From contig CAWBOC010000005.1 in assembly GCA_963790305.1 (NCBI GenBank), positions 640,001-704,000 on the forward strand: a stretch of DNA of 64,000 nt, read 5' to 3'. This DNA comes from an uncultured Gemmatimonadaceae bacterium. GTDB taxonomy: Bacteria > Gemmatimonadota > Gemmatimonadetes > Gemmatimonadales > Gemmatimonadaceae. The position numbers were made by a program, and so were the translations under genes. This document shows positions 19,084 to 32,270 of this stretch, in pieces (the stretch's first letter is position 1; every line of letters begins with the position of its first letter). The notes under the pieces were generated by a model. It saw only the letters and a list, made by a program, of their open reading frames with translations. It was not told the DNA's origin and made no database searches.

Positions 19084-22000
19084 AAATCGTCAAGGATTCA
19101 CTCAAATATCCGGCGGTCACGCTGACGCTGATCGCGATGGTCGTCATCGCGGGCGCGCTGTCGCTGCTCAAGATGCCGCGTCGCGAGGACCCGCAGATCA
19201 CGATTCGTGCGGGCCTGGTGATGGCCTTCTATCCGGGCGCCACCGCCGAGCAGGTAGAGGCGCAGGTCACGCGCAAGATCGAGGAGCGGCTCTTCCGCTT
19301 CTCCGAGGTGAAGAAACGGAAGACCTTCTCCACCAGCCGCGATGGCATTGTCATCGTGCAGCTCGAGCTCGAGGACTGGGTCACGGACCCGGACCTGTTC
19401 TGGTCGAAGCTGCGGCACGACATGAACGAGCTGAAGAGTCGTGAGCTGCCGCAGGAAGTACAGGGAGTCACGGTCGATGGTGACTTCGGCGACACGGTTG
19501 CCCAGCTCATCGCCGTCTCCGGCGAGCGCTACGGCTACCGGGAGCTGAAGGACTACGTTGGCCGGATCGAGGACGCGCTGCGCGCCATTCCCGCCACCTC
19601 GAAGATCAAGCGGTATGGGGAGCAGCGAGAGCAGATCGAGGTCGCGACATCGTTGTCGCGGTTGTCACAGTATTCGCGTCACGCCGACGCAGATCATCTC
19701 GGCGCTTCGGCAACAGAACCTCGTTGAGTACGCGGGCAGCTTCGAGACGGAAGCGGGCGACGTGCCGCTCCAGACGTCGGGCCTGTTCCAGACGGAGGAT
19801 CAGCTGCGAGCGCGTGATGGTGGACGTGTCGAAGACGACGGGGCAGCCGGTGTATCTCGGTGACTTCACCGACGTGCGCCGCCGCTACGAGGATCCCTCG
19901 TCGTTCGTGCGCGTCGACGGCAAAGCCGCCGTCATGCTGTCGGTGGAGATGCAGGAAGGGAACAACATCGTGGAGTTCGGCGCGGCGGTGGAGGAAGCGC
20001 TCGCCGAAGTGAAGCGGACCTTCCCGCCGGATCTCAAGGTCACCCTGGTGGCGGATCAGCCGCGCGTCGTCGAGGAGCGGATCAGTCACTTCAATCGCGA
20101 GTTCGCGATCGCGATCGTGGCGGTCGTGCTCGTCACGATGCTGTTGCTGCCCTGGCGCGTGGCGACGATTGCCGCCGTCGCCATCCCGGTCACGATCGCG
20201 TGCACGTTCGCAGCGCTGGACTGGGTTGGCGTGGAGCTGCACCAGGTGTCGATCGCGGCGCTGATCGTCGTGCTCGGCATGGTCGTCGATGACGCCATCG
20301 TCATCGCCGACAACTACGTGGAGCTGCTCGATCATGGGTTGACGCGCGCCGAAGCGGCGTGGCGCAGCTCGAGCGACCTCGCGGCGCCGGTGCTCGCGGC
20401 AACGCTGACGATCATCGCATCGTTCGTCCCGCTCGCGTGGCTCTCCGGAACAACGGGTGAGTTCATTCGCGCACTGCCAATCACGGTTGCCGTGTCGCTC
20501 CTCTGCTCCTTCGTCGTGGCGATGGTGCTGACGCCGATCCTGGCGTACACCTTCATCAAGACGGGGCTACGGGCGCACCAGCCTGAGGGATACACACCGC
20601 ACGTGCAGCAGCCCCCGCGCACCTGGCTCGGGCGCGTTCGCGCCTTCAGGCCGCTCGACGCGATGGAGCGTGCCTACGACTGGGCGATTCGCATCGCCAT
20701 GCCGCGCAAGCGGCTGACGCTGTTGTCCGGCGTCGCGGCGTTTTTCGCCGGTCTCGTCATGTTGAGCTTCGTCGCCGACCAGTTCTTCCCGTTGGCTGAG
20801 CGCGACCAGTTCGTGATCGACGTCTGGATGAAAGAGGGCACGCGCATTGGTGCCACCGATGCCGCCGTTCGCAGCATCGAGGCGGAGCTCGAGCGCACCC
20901 CGAACGTGACCGAGGTTGCGTCGATCATCGGGGCCGGCGCGCCGCGGTTCTACTATGCGATCTCGCCCGAGATCTCGACGCCGTCGTACGCGCAGATCGT
21001 CGTCAACACGACGTCGCCGGAGATCACGCCGGAGATCGTGAAGGAGCTCAGTCACAAGCTGCCGGCTCTCGCGCCCGAAGCGCACATCATGGTGAAGGAG
21101 CTGCAGCAGGGCGCCACGTCGGCGGCACCCGTCGAAATCCGCATCACCAGCGAGGACATGGGAACGCTCAAGAAGGTGGGCGCCCAGATCCAGACGCTAT
21201 TCTACAACACGCCCGGCACGCGGGACATCACGACCGACTTCCGGAACGACACCTACCGCCTGGCGGTGAAGGTCAATCAGGAAGCGGCCAGTCGTGTCGG
21301 CCTGACGAGCGCCGGTATTTCACGGTTGCTCGCGGGTGGCTTCGAGGGGGCTCCCGTCTCGACGTTCTGGGAAGGAAGCCGCGCCGTGGACATCACCCTT
21401 CGCCTGGGCGAGAGCGAGCGGCAGCGCTTCGACGACATCTCCGCGGCGTACATCACGTCCGAGGTCACGGGCGCCCGCGTTCCGCTCAGTCAGGTGGCGA
21501 CGCTGACGCCGGTGTGGGAGCCAAGCCGGATCGTGCACCGCAACGGGTTGCGCACACTCACGGTTCGCACGTTCGCGCAGGAGGGATTCCTCCCGTCGCA
21601 GGTGCTGGCGACGATCCGCGCCACGACCGATACGCTCACGCTGCCCGAAGGCACGTCGATCGAATACGGTGGCGAGTACGAGAACCAGACGGACACGCAG
21701 GGCGAGATGTACATCGCCCTGATGATAAGCCTTGTCATGATCTTCCTGATTCTGCTGCTGCAGTTCCGGAACATTCGTATTCCGCTGGTCGTGATGGTCT
21801 CCATTCCGCTGGCCGTCGTCGGCGCAGCACTCGGCCTGTTGATGACCGGCAATCCGTTCAGCTTCACCGCGTTCCTCGGAGTGATCGGGCTCATGGGGCT
21901 CGTCGTCCGAAACGCGATCATCCTGGTGGACTACATGAATGAGCAGCTCGCGAAGGGGGTCGAAGTGGAGCAGGCGGCGATCGATGCGGGCCGTCGCCGG

Positions 22001-23614
22001 CTGCGGCCGATCTTCCTGACGACGATGGCCGCCGCCGCCGGCGTGCTGCCGATGATTCTGTCGGGCTCGAGCATGTGGTCGCCGCTCGCCAGCGTGCTGG
22101 CAATGGGACTCATTGTGTCGATGATTTTCACGCTGATCGTGGTGCCCGTGTTGTACGTCGTCGTCGAGGGCCGCCGTCACAAGAAGCCCGCGGCGCCGGC
22201 CCCGGTGAAGGCACCGCTATGGGAAGAGGAAGAAGAGGACGAGAACGCGGCGGTATTCACCGGCGCCCATCCGATGGTCAAGGTGACCCCCGTGCTCGCG
22301 ATCGCGTTAGGGATCGCCTTCTCGGTCTCGACTGCCTCGGCGCAGGAAGCGACCGGTCGCCTGACGCTGGAGGATGCCGTCGCGATTGCGCTTCAAAAGA
22401 ACAGCGGTGTGCGCGTGGCGCGCAGCCGCGCCGAGGAAGCCATGTATCGCACGCAGCAGTCGACACGCTCGATGCTGCCGTCGATCAGCGCGACCTTTCA
22501 GACGACGCAAAGCACCGCCAACGAGCGACTGGAGTTCGCGCGGGGCTCGCTGGGAGTGTTCGACGGGCAGCCGATTCCCAACGAGAACATCGCGATCGAG
22601 CAGGGCGGCAGCAGCTCGAGATACGGGACGCTGACGATCGCACAGCCTATCACGTCGCTGCTGAAGATTCGGGCGGCGCGTGACGTGGCCAAGGCGGAGG
22701 AGCGCTCGTTCACCGCTGAGGCTCGGAAGGCTGAGCTCGACGTCGCACTGGCCGTGGAGAAGGTGTACTACGGCCTGCTCGTGGCGCAGCATCGCCGGCA
22801 GGCGGCGGCGCTGCGAGTTGACGTCACCGAGGACGCGCTTCGTCACCGTGTCCGCAGCGTCGCGAACGGCACGCAGCTCCCCGTCGCGGAGCTCGAGGGA
22901 CGCACCGCGGCGCTGGATGCCCGGCAGAGCTTGCAGGCGGCCGAGGACGAGATTGCCGACTACGCGGCCACGCTCTCCGAGCTGTTAGGCGTGCCGGTCG
23001 ATCCCGCCGTGCAGTTGGTGACACCGGCGCGCGCGAACCTGGCCGACTCGGTCACGGTCGACGGCCTGATCGGACGGGCGATGGTAGACAACCCGGACGT
23101 GGCGGCGGCAGGTGAGATGGTGCGGCAGGCGGAAGGAGGGCTGCGAGCGAAGCGCGCGGCGTATATCCCCGACGTCGCGGTATATGGCACCGAGATGTAT
23201 CAGACAGCGGTGCCGTTGCTGGCCAAGAACAATTTCATGTTCGGGATCAAGGCCGAGTGGACGGTATTCGACTTCGGCAAGCGTGAGGCGAGCGTCGCCG
23301 AGTTGCGCGCGACAAAGCGAACGGCCGAGGAAAATCTGCAGCGCGTGCGGCGCGAGATCGCGACGGACATCGAGCAGGGACAGCGAAAGGTCGAGCGGGC
23401 TCGGCGCAGCGCAGTGCTGGCGGGAGAAGTTTTGACCCTTCGGCGCGAAGCGGCGCGGATCAAGATCGACCAGGTGGCGAGTGGGCTGATACTGGCCACC
23501 GAGGGTGCGGAGGCGGAGGCGGCTGTCGCGAGCGCGCAGGCCGATGCGCTCGCCGCGGAAGTTGGATACCGATTGGCGGTGGCTGAGCTCAAGAGAGCGG
23601 CTGGAATGCGGTAA
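19080..23614 (+). CDS. RND permease (AcrB/AcrD/AcrF family) fused to C-terminal TolC domain; frameshifts ~19672 and ~19808
   Basis: YPGATAEQVEAQVT, LGMVVDDAIV, GLVVRNAII, RLRPIFLTT, then in-frame OMF domain starting LTLEDAVAIALQKN. Confidence 0.9.
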
Positions 23615-23640
23615 AACCCAGGGAGGTGATCACAGGCAGC

Positions 23641-23676
23641 GGGTGGGCGGCTTTCGGGCCGCCCACCCTTCATTTT
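23641..23676 (+). terminator. Rho-independent terminator
   Basis: GGGTGGGCGGC-TTTCGG-GCCGCCCACCC followed by TTCATTTT. Confidence 0.8.
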
Positions 23677-23728
23677 CCTCTTGCGCGGCCGGAAACGAAT
23701 GCGAAATTGACGGTTACCCCCTCCTGGC

Positions 23729-25425
23729 GTGGCGATCGTGGACATCGATCGCGAGTTCGAGCAGCTTCCCAATCGCCCTCTCAACACCGAGGCGCGCACC
23801 GACCCGCCCAGCGGGGCCGTGCGTGTCCCTGCGCCCCGGGCGGACGCCGGCCCGGAGGGCGAGCCGCGCCTCGACACGTTACGCGCGGTCACGCGACACA
23901 TGGCCACCGCCGATCATCTCGACACCGTCCTCCAGTCGATCGTGACGGCGCTGGTGGAACGGGCCAATGGTCTGTTCTCGCGGCTCTTTTTGTACCTGTA
24001 CGACCACGAATGCGACATCTGCCGGGCGCGCATCAATGCCGGCCAGCAGGTCGCCTCGGACCAACGGTCGCTGCACCTTCTCGCGACGGCGGGACCGAGC
24101 CGCAATCCCAATGGTCCGCGGCATCGAATGCCGCTCGACGGTCCGCGTCTCGCCTCCGAGGTGATGCGAACGGGCACCCCGCTCCATCTGCCCGACGTCC
24201 GCCTCAATGAACGCGCAATGCAGGACTCGGTCATCAGCGAGCTCGTTCGTGACCGCGGAGCCGTGGGGATGGCCGGCTACCCGCTGACGTACCGCGGCGA
24301 GCGACTGGGTGTGGTGGGGTATGTCAGCCGCAACACGATCAGCGTCGAGGCGTTCGAGATGCTCGGCATCTTCGCCGATCAGGCGGCGATGGCGATCAAG
24401 AACGCGTTTCTATTTCGCGAGCTGGAGCGATACAAGGAACGGCTGCAGATCGAGAACGCGTATCTCGCCGAAGAGATTCGCGCCGACCGGGGATTCGAGG
24501 ACCTCGTCGGCGCGAGCCCCGCGCTGAAATCGGTGATTCGGCAGGTCAAGCAGGTGGCGCCCGTCGACACGACCGTTCTCCTGACGGGGGAGACGGGTAC
24601 GGGAAAGGAGCTGGTCGCGCGCGCGATCCACGGGCTGAGCCCGCGAAGCTCGCGGCCCCTCATCAAGATGAATTGCGGCGCCATCCCGCAGGGCCTGGTG
24701 GAGTCGGAGCTGTTCGGACACGAGCGCGGCGCGTTCACCGGAGCGCTGCAGCGCCGAATCGGGCGCTTCGAGCTGGCGGACAAGGGCACGCTGTTCATGG
24801 ACGAGGTGGGTGAGCTTCCACTCGATACGCAGATCAAGCTCCTTCGCGTGCTCCAGGAGCACGAGCTCGAGCGGGTGGGCGGCACTCGCGCCAATCAACG
24901 TCGACGTGCGTCTGGTCGCGGCCACCAACCGCGATCTCGACGCCGAGGTGACCGCCGGCAGGTTCCGCTCGGATCTCTACTTCCGGCTCAACGTCTTTCC
25001 GATTCACATCCCGCCGCTCCGGGAGCGGCCCGAGGACGTCCCACTGCTCGTCAGGCACTTCCTGGCGTACTTCCAGCGCAAGCTCGGGAAGCCGATCCAC
25101 GGACTGACCCCGGCCAGCCTCCCGGAGCTGAAGCGATATGCCTGGCCGGGAAACATCCGCGAGCTCCAGAACGTCGTCGAACGTGCCTGTGTGCTGGCGC
25201 GGACTCCCATCGTCGACGCGGCCGATGCATTGCGAATGTCCGGCGATGACGCTCGTGAGGTGGAGGAGCCGATCGTGACGCTGGAGGAGGCGGAGCGCGC
25301 GCTCGTCAGGCGGGCGCTGGCGGCGACCAATGGAAAGGTCCACGGCGAAGGGGGCGCGGCGGCACTCCTGGGGCTGAACGGGAACACGCTCCGCTCCCGA
25401 ATGCAAAAGCTCGGAATCGGGAAGC

Positions 25426-25436
<11 letters not shown>
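23729..25436 (+). CDS. sigma-54-dependent activator, GAF-AAA+-HTH (FhlA-like), copy 1; frameshift ~24888
   Basis: [51 protein letters not shown]. Confidence 0.92.
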
Positions 25437-27075
<1,639 letters not shown>

Positions 27076-27077
27076 GG

Positions 27078-27160
27078 ACTGCGAGCTGCGAGCTGCGAGC
27101 TGCAAGGGGCAATCGCTTTCGTGGCTTTCCCTGCGGTCTTCGCAGTTCGCAGTTCGCAGT
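27078..27160. repeat. Inverted heptamer-repeat hairpin
   Basis: (CTGCGAG)x3 ... (TCGCAGT)x3 immediately after a stop codon. Confidence 0.8.
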
Positions 27161-27199
27161 TGCTTCTGTCGCCCATCTCACCGCGTCCCATCGTCAGTC

Positions 27200-27330
27200 C
27201 GCGAAATATCGCAACGACCGCTCTGCCCGCCGAGCACCTCCGCCGCGCGCGCAAGCTCTCAACACGTTGATAGAGCGCGCGTTGCGCGCGCATGCAAAAC
27301 TTCCCGAGAACGGTCTCGGCATTGCCTTCC
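27200..27330 (+). promoter_or_regulatory. UAS plus sigma-54 promoter for the DoxX-NDH-2 gene
   Basis: CGCGAAATATCGCA at 27200; CGGTCTCGGCATTGCCTTCC at 27311. Confidence 0.65.
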
Positions 27331-27374
27331 AGCTTGGCGTTGAACGGCGATGACTTCGTTCCCGGAGAGTTCAG

Positions 27375-29198
27375 ATGGGCTCGTTCCACAACAACTCTGT
27401 CTTCCGCCACGCGACCGCGCTGCTGGCGCTTGGGGTGCGCCTCTATCTCGCGTTCGTCTGGCTTCGCTACGGCATCGGCAAGATCGAGACTGGATGGCTG
27501 ACGTCGAACCCGCTCAAGGGACTCATCGACGTCGTCGCGAAGGGCTACACGAACGCCTGGCTTCCGATCTACGAGCCACTCGCGCGCTGGGCGCTGGCGC
27601 TCGGGCTCGATGGCGCTCTCGCGGTCGCGTTCCCACTGACCGAGCTGGCAATCGGGCTGGCGCTCATCACCGGCGTCGCGCTTCGACCGGCGCTGCTCCT
27701 GGCCACGTTCATCAATCTCAATCTCGTGATGTCCGGACTGGCGCCCTGGGCGTTCGACGGTCGCGTCATCCTCCTGCAGCTCTTCGTGCTCGCGCTGGGC
27801 GCGACCGCGAATCGTTACGGATTGCGCTCAGTCGCGGCGAGGCTGCGTCGCGCTCCGATCGACGACAATTCCGGAGAATCGCGTAAGCACATCGTGATCG
27901 TCGGCGCGGGCTTCGCCGGCATGCAAGCGGCGCGCGTCCTTCGCAACGCGCCCGTCGACGTGACGGTTGTCGACCGGTCGAACCATCACCTGTTTCAGCC
28001 ACTGCTGTACCAGGTCGCAACTGCGATCGTGTCGCCGAGTGACATCGCGGTGCCGATTCGCTCGGCGCTGCGGAAGCAGTGGAATGCGACCACTCTCCTT
28101 GGCCGCGTCACCGACGTTCGGCTCGATGCGCGCACCGTCGTGCTCGAGGGTCGTAAGGAGCTGACGTACGATTTCCTGATCCTCGCCGCGGGCGCTCGTC
28201 ACTCGTACTTTGGGCACGAGGGATGGGAAGCATGCGCGCCCGGACTCAAGAGCCTCGACGATGCGTTGGAGATCCGCCGCCGCCTTCTGCTGGCGTTCGA
28301 GCGCGCGGAAATGACCGACGATGCGGAGACGCGTGCGATGGAGCAGACCATCGTGATCGTCGGCGGCGGTCCCACCGGCGTGGAGCTGGCGGGCGCGATT
28401 CCCGAGATGGTGCAGACGGCGCTCGCGTCCGATTTCCGGCGCGCCGACACCCGTCGCACCAGAATCGTGTTGATCGAGAGGGGACCTCGGCTCCTCCCGA
28501 CGCTGGATCCCAAGCTCTCGGCGCGCGCGCAGAAGGATCTTCAGGCGTTAGGTGTCGAGATTCGGACAGACACGGAGGTCACTCAGATCACGGAAGGCGC
28601 CGTGCACCTGGGCGACGAGCGAATCCCGACGCGGACCGTGATGTGGGCGGCAGGAAACGTGGCGAACCCGTTGGGTCGACTTCTCGATACTCCGGTCGAT
28701 CGCTCCGGTCGCGTCCGCGTCACGCCGTATCTGGCCCTTCCCAACTATCCCGAGGTCTTCGTCGCGGGTGACATGGCGGCCATCGCCAGCGGAGGGGTGT
28801 CGGTGCCGGCGGTCGCGACCGCGGCGAACCAGATGGGACGGACCGCGGCGCGAAACATCCTTGCGACCATCGCGCGCCGTCCGCGCAGACGCTTCGTGTA
28901 CCGAGACAAGGGGAGCCTGGCAATCATCAACCGCCGTGCGGCGGTTGCGCAGATCGGCCGTCTCCGGATTCGCGGCTCACTGGCCTCGGCGCTCTGGGGA
29001 CTCGTGCACCTCGCGCATCTCGTCAGCCATCGCAGTCGTATGCGTGTGTTCGCGGAGTGGGTGTATGCCCACGTGACTCACGATCGCGGCTACCGGCTGA
29101 TCACGGGCACGACTGGCTACCCGCTTCGCGAAGGCGGCCGGCCAATCCACAGCATCGACCACGACGGCGAGCGCGCCGCTGCGCGTCGTGGCGCATGA
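27375..29198 (+). CDS. DoxX/DoxD-like membrane domain fused to type II NADH dehydrogenase-like flavoprotein
   Basis: N-term RLYLAFVWLRYGIGK..ELAIGLALITG..INLN; C-term IVGAGFAG, HLFQPLLYQVAT, VGGGPTGVELAG, VFVAGD. Confidence 0.85.
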   Translation: MGSFHNNSVFRHATALLALGVRLYLAFVWLRYGIGKIETGWLTSNPLKGLIDVVAKGYTNAWLPIYEPLARWALALGLDGALAVAFPLTELAIGLALITGVALRPALLLATFINLNLVMSGLAPWAFDGRVILLQLFVLALGATANRYGLRSVAARLRRAPIDDNSGESRKHIVIVGAGFAGMQAARVLRNAPVDVTVVDRSNHHLFQPLLYQVATAIVSPSDIAVPIRSALRKQWNATTLLGRVTDVRLDARTVVLEGRKELTYDFLILAAGARHSYFGHEGWEACAPGLKSLDDALEIRRRLLLAFERAEMTDDAETRAMEQTIVIVGGGPTGVELAGAIPEMVQTALASDFRRADTRRTRIVLIERGPRLLPTLDPKLSARAQKDLQALGVEIRTDTEVTQITEGAVHLGDERIPTRTVMWAAGNVANPLGRLLDTPVDRSGRVRVTPYLALPNYPEVFVAGDMAAIASGGVSVPAVATAANQMGRTAARNILATIARRPRRRFVYRDKGSLAIINRRAAVAQIGRLRIRGSLASALWGLVHLAHLVSHRSRMRVFAEWVYAHVTHDRGYRLITGTTGYPLREGGRPIHSIDHDGERAAARRGA

Positions 29199-29242
29199 GA
29201 ATCAGCGGCGCCCAATCACCTGACACACTGAGGACATAGATC

Positions 29243-29737
29243 ATGAAAGCCATATCGCTGCTCGCGCTCGCCGTTGGTGCTACACTGATGGGATGCGCTT
29301 CCACCCAGGTGACCACCGACTGGGACCGCAACACGCAGTTTGCCAGCTATCACACGTATGTCTGGATGGACACGCCGCGCATGCAGGCGATGCAGCAAGC
29401 CACGCTGTTCGATCGCCGGCTCCGCGCCGCGGTCGAGGAGCAGCTCGCGGCGAAGGGAATGCAGAAGTCCGACACCAACGGTGCTGCCGATCTGTTGATC
29501 GTCTATCACGCTGGAGTGCAGGACAAAGTCGATGTGCAGTCGTGGGGCTACTTCGGCCGCCGCGTCGACGTCCGCGAGTACCAACAAGGGATGCTCGTCA
29601 TCGATGTCGTGGATGCCAGGACGAGGTCGCTGGTCTGGCGCGCGACGGCGAAGGACGAGGTCGGGGACGCGGATCCGTCGAGCGAGAAGATTGCGAAGGC
29701 GGTGCAGAAGATGTTCGCGGGCTTTCCGCGGGCGTGA
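29243..29737 (+). CDS. DUF4136 family lipoprotein
   Basis: Lipobox LMGC; D.D...F..YHTY.W; GMLVIDVVDARTRSLVWR; MFAGFP. Confidence 0.85.
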   Translation: MKAISLLALAVGATLMGCASTQVTTDWDRNTQFASYHTYVWMDTPRMQAMQQATLFDRRLRAAVEEQLAAKGMQKSDTNGAADLLIVYHAGVQDKVDVQSWGYFGRRVDVREYQQGMLVIDVVDARTRSLVWRATAKDEVGDADPSSEKIAKAVQKMFAGFPRA

Positions 29738-29763
29738 GCCTGTTCATCGCGTAACGAGCACTG

Positions 29764-29869
29764 ACTGCATAACCACAGAGGCACAGAGGACACAGAGGAA
29801 ACCCGCATTGCAAGAGCCTTTGCAGTGCGGGTTTCCTCTGTGTGCTCTGTGCCTCTGTGGTCATGCAGT
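29764..29869. repeat. Long palindrome (50-bp arms) built of CACAGAGG units
   Basis: Arms 29764-29813 and 29820-29869 are reverse complements with 3 mismatches. Confidence 0.9.
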
Positions 29870-30545
29870 TGGCTCGCGCGCCGCCTCGCGCGGCTCGCGC
29901 ACCGGCCCGATCGCCTCCACCAGACTCTCGATCGTCGCCTGCGCAGCCTGATCGCGGTCATGGCCCGTCACCCCCCCGTAGATCTCCGGCTCCGCGAACC
30001 AGAGCGCATGCGCGGCCACAGTCGCCAGCACTGTTCGGGCTGAAGCGCGCGCATCGTGAGTGCGGAGCTCGCCACGCGCGATGCCGCCCTGAATGATCCG
30101 CTCGAGTGCGCGAAGAGACCGCTCGAGCGTCTCCGTCACCTGGAAGACGGCCAGCTCGGGAAAACGCGGCAGCTCGCCAATCGACAGCCGCAGGACCTGC
30201 GTGAGCGCCGGGCGTCTCCATCATCGCCCAATAGCTGTTCGCGAACTCGCGAATCTGCTCGACAGCGCTGACGGGACCGCCATTCGTGTGCGCCAGCCTT
30301 TCATGAAGCGGCTCCATGCATCCGACCAGCGTGGAGCGCACCACCTCGCGAAAGATCTCATCCTTCGACGCGAAGTGACGCAGCAGCGTCGGCTTGGAGA
30401 TGCCGGCGCGCCGGGCCACCGACTCGAGGCGGGAGCCGGAGTAGCCGTTCTCCGAGAATTCGGCGAGCGCGGCGACGACAATACGCTCGGCGCGATCGTC
30501 GGCTACAGAGGCGCCCGCGGAGGGCGCGAAGTCGGAATCGTTCAC
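29861..30545 (-). CDS. TetR/AcrR family regulator (frameshift ~30210)
   Basis: IVVAALAEFSENGYSGSRLESVARRAGISKPTLLRHFASKDEIF; C-terminal RIIQGGIARGELR in another frame. Confidence 0.85.
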
Positions 30546-30639
30546 AGGAATCTCATTTAGCGTGCGACAACAGAGGTCGCGTGAGCGGCGTGATCGTGAC
30601 GCCATGGCCGCCGGGGACACCGACGACGCGACCATACAA

Positions 30640-30787
30640 AGCAATGCCGTTGCCACACTTGGGTTGAGAGGCGCCCATTCTCGGAACCCGAAGCCGAGTA
30701 GGCACTTACGTGCCTGGTCTCGCATGAGCCCGCGCGACCTGACCTCTTGTGGAATTGCGGCATCTCACGACATTGGGAGATATCGCA
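30640..30787 (-). promoter_or_regulatory. sigma-54 promoter and UAS pair for the TetR gene
   Basis: Minus TGGCAACGGCATTGCT (30640-30655); TGCGGCATCTCACG 30756 and TGGGAGATATCGCA 30774. Confidence 0.65.
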
Positions 30788-30809
30788 CTTCCGGTCGCAC
30801 ACTCGTGCA

Positions 30810-31988
30810 CCCGTCGAGCATGCGGACGCCACCCTCGCGCGCATCTTCCTCCTCCGGGGAGACCAGGATTGCGAGATCTGTCGAGCCCGCATCGAGGCCG
30901 GGCAGCAGACCGCTACGAGTGAGCCTGCGCTGCACCTTGTCGCCGCGGGCGGACTCCATGATGAGATCGGTGGTCTGCTTCATCGCGTGCCGCGCGATTC
31001 CGCGCTCCCCGTCGCCCAGGTCACACGCGAGGGCGTCCCGTACCTGGTCAACGACTGGCGGCAGGACGAGCGCTTCACGCGCGATGCTCGCATCGCCCAA
31101 CTCTGGACGGAGATGGACATTCTCGCCGTCGCCGGGTGTCCGCTGGACTTTCGCGGTGAGCGAATGGGAGCGATCGCATATCTCTGCCGGCGCGAGATCT
31201 CGAAGGAAGAATTCCAGATGCTGGGCATCTTCGCCGATCAGGCCCCGGCTGGCGTCGTGGAATCGGAGCTCTTCGGTCACGAGAAGGGTGCGTTCACCGG
31301 CGCGATTCAGAAGCGCATCGGCCGATTCGAGCTTGCCGACAAGGGCACCCTGTTCATGGATGAGGTGGGAGAGCTCACCCTCGATACGCAGGTGAAGCTG
31401 CTGCGCGTTCTCCAGGAGCAGGAGTTCGAGCGCGTGGGGAGCACGCAGGCGATCAAGGTCGACGTGCGGCTCATCGCGGCGACGAATCGCGATCTCGAGC
31501 GCGAGGTCGCCGAGCAACGCTTCCGGCCCGATCTGTTCTATCGCCTCAACGTCTTTCCGATCCGCGTTCCACCACTCCGCGAGCGGCCGAGTGACATCCC
31601 GGTTCTCGTCCAACACTTCCTCGCGCACTTTCAGCGCAAGCTCGGCAAGCCACTGAAAAGCCTGAAGCCCTCGAGCCTGGAGCAGATGCAGAAGTATCCG
31701 TGGCCGGGGAACATCCGCGAGCTCCAGAACGTGATGGAGCGGGCGTGCGTCCTTGCGCGGACCCCGGAGGTCGAGCTTCCCGACGCGCTGCGCACCTCCG
31801 CGTCGGTGCCGACGCGCTATTTGCGCTTCGCCACGCTCGACGAGAACGAGCGCGCGTGCATTCGCCGCGCGCTGGCGGCGGTCAAAGGCCGCATTCACGG
31901 CTCCCAGGGCGCCGCGGCATTGCTTGGGGTCAATCCCAGCACGCTCCGGTCCCGAATGCAGAAGCTGGGGATCACCAAGGACTCTTAA
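30810..31988 (+). pseudogene. Third GAF-AAA+-HTH activator, N-terminally truncated with an in-frame ~100-aa deletion removing Walker A
   Basis: IFADQA joined directly to [20 protein letters not shown] (junction 31244/31245); paralogues have ~100 aa including GETGTGKE here. Confidence 0.75.
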
Positions 31989-32034
31989 CGCGAACGAGGA
32001 ACGACTCCTCACTGCCGGTTCCTCATTGCTGACT

Positions 32035-32188
32035 TGCGTCATCTCGCGAGGTTGTGACATCTCGCGATGACGGCGTGCCGCCAGGAGGCATCGACGGCAG
32101 GCACGCGCATCTCCCCAACCTGAAGCACACCAACTGTTTGCCCCGGTCGAGGGTCCTGCGTCGACAAGTGGTCCCGGCGTTGCCTTCC
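32035..32188 (+). promoter_or_regulatory. UAS pair plus sigma-54 promoter for the HlyD/ABC operon
   Basis: TGCGTCATCTCGCG 32035, TGTGACATCTCGCG 32053; TGGTCCCGGCGTTGCCTTCC 32169. Confidence 0.72.
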
Positions 32189-32270
32189 TCTCGCTCGGCC
32201 GGCGCGGTCCCGTTCGCCGCGCCGTGCTGATCACGAAGCGATAAACACAGGCATTCAGCCCGGAAACCAT

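Noticed and set aside
30700..30715. Palindrome AGGCAC-TTAC-GTGCCT as a sigma-54 promoter
   Set aside because: GG-to-GC spacing is 9, not 10; could be an operator but there is no supporting second copy.
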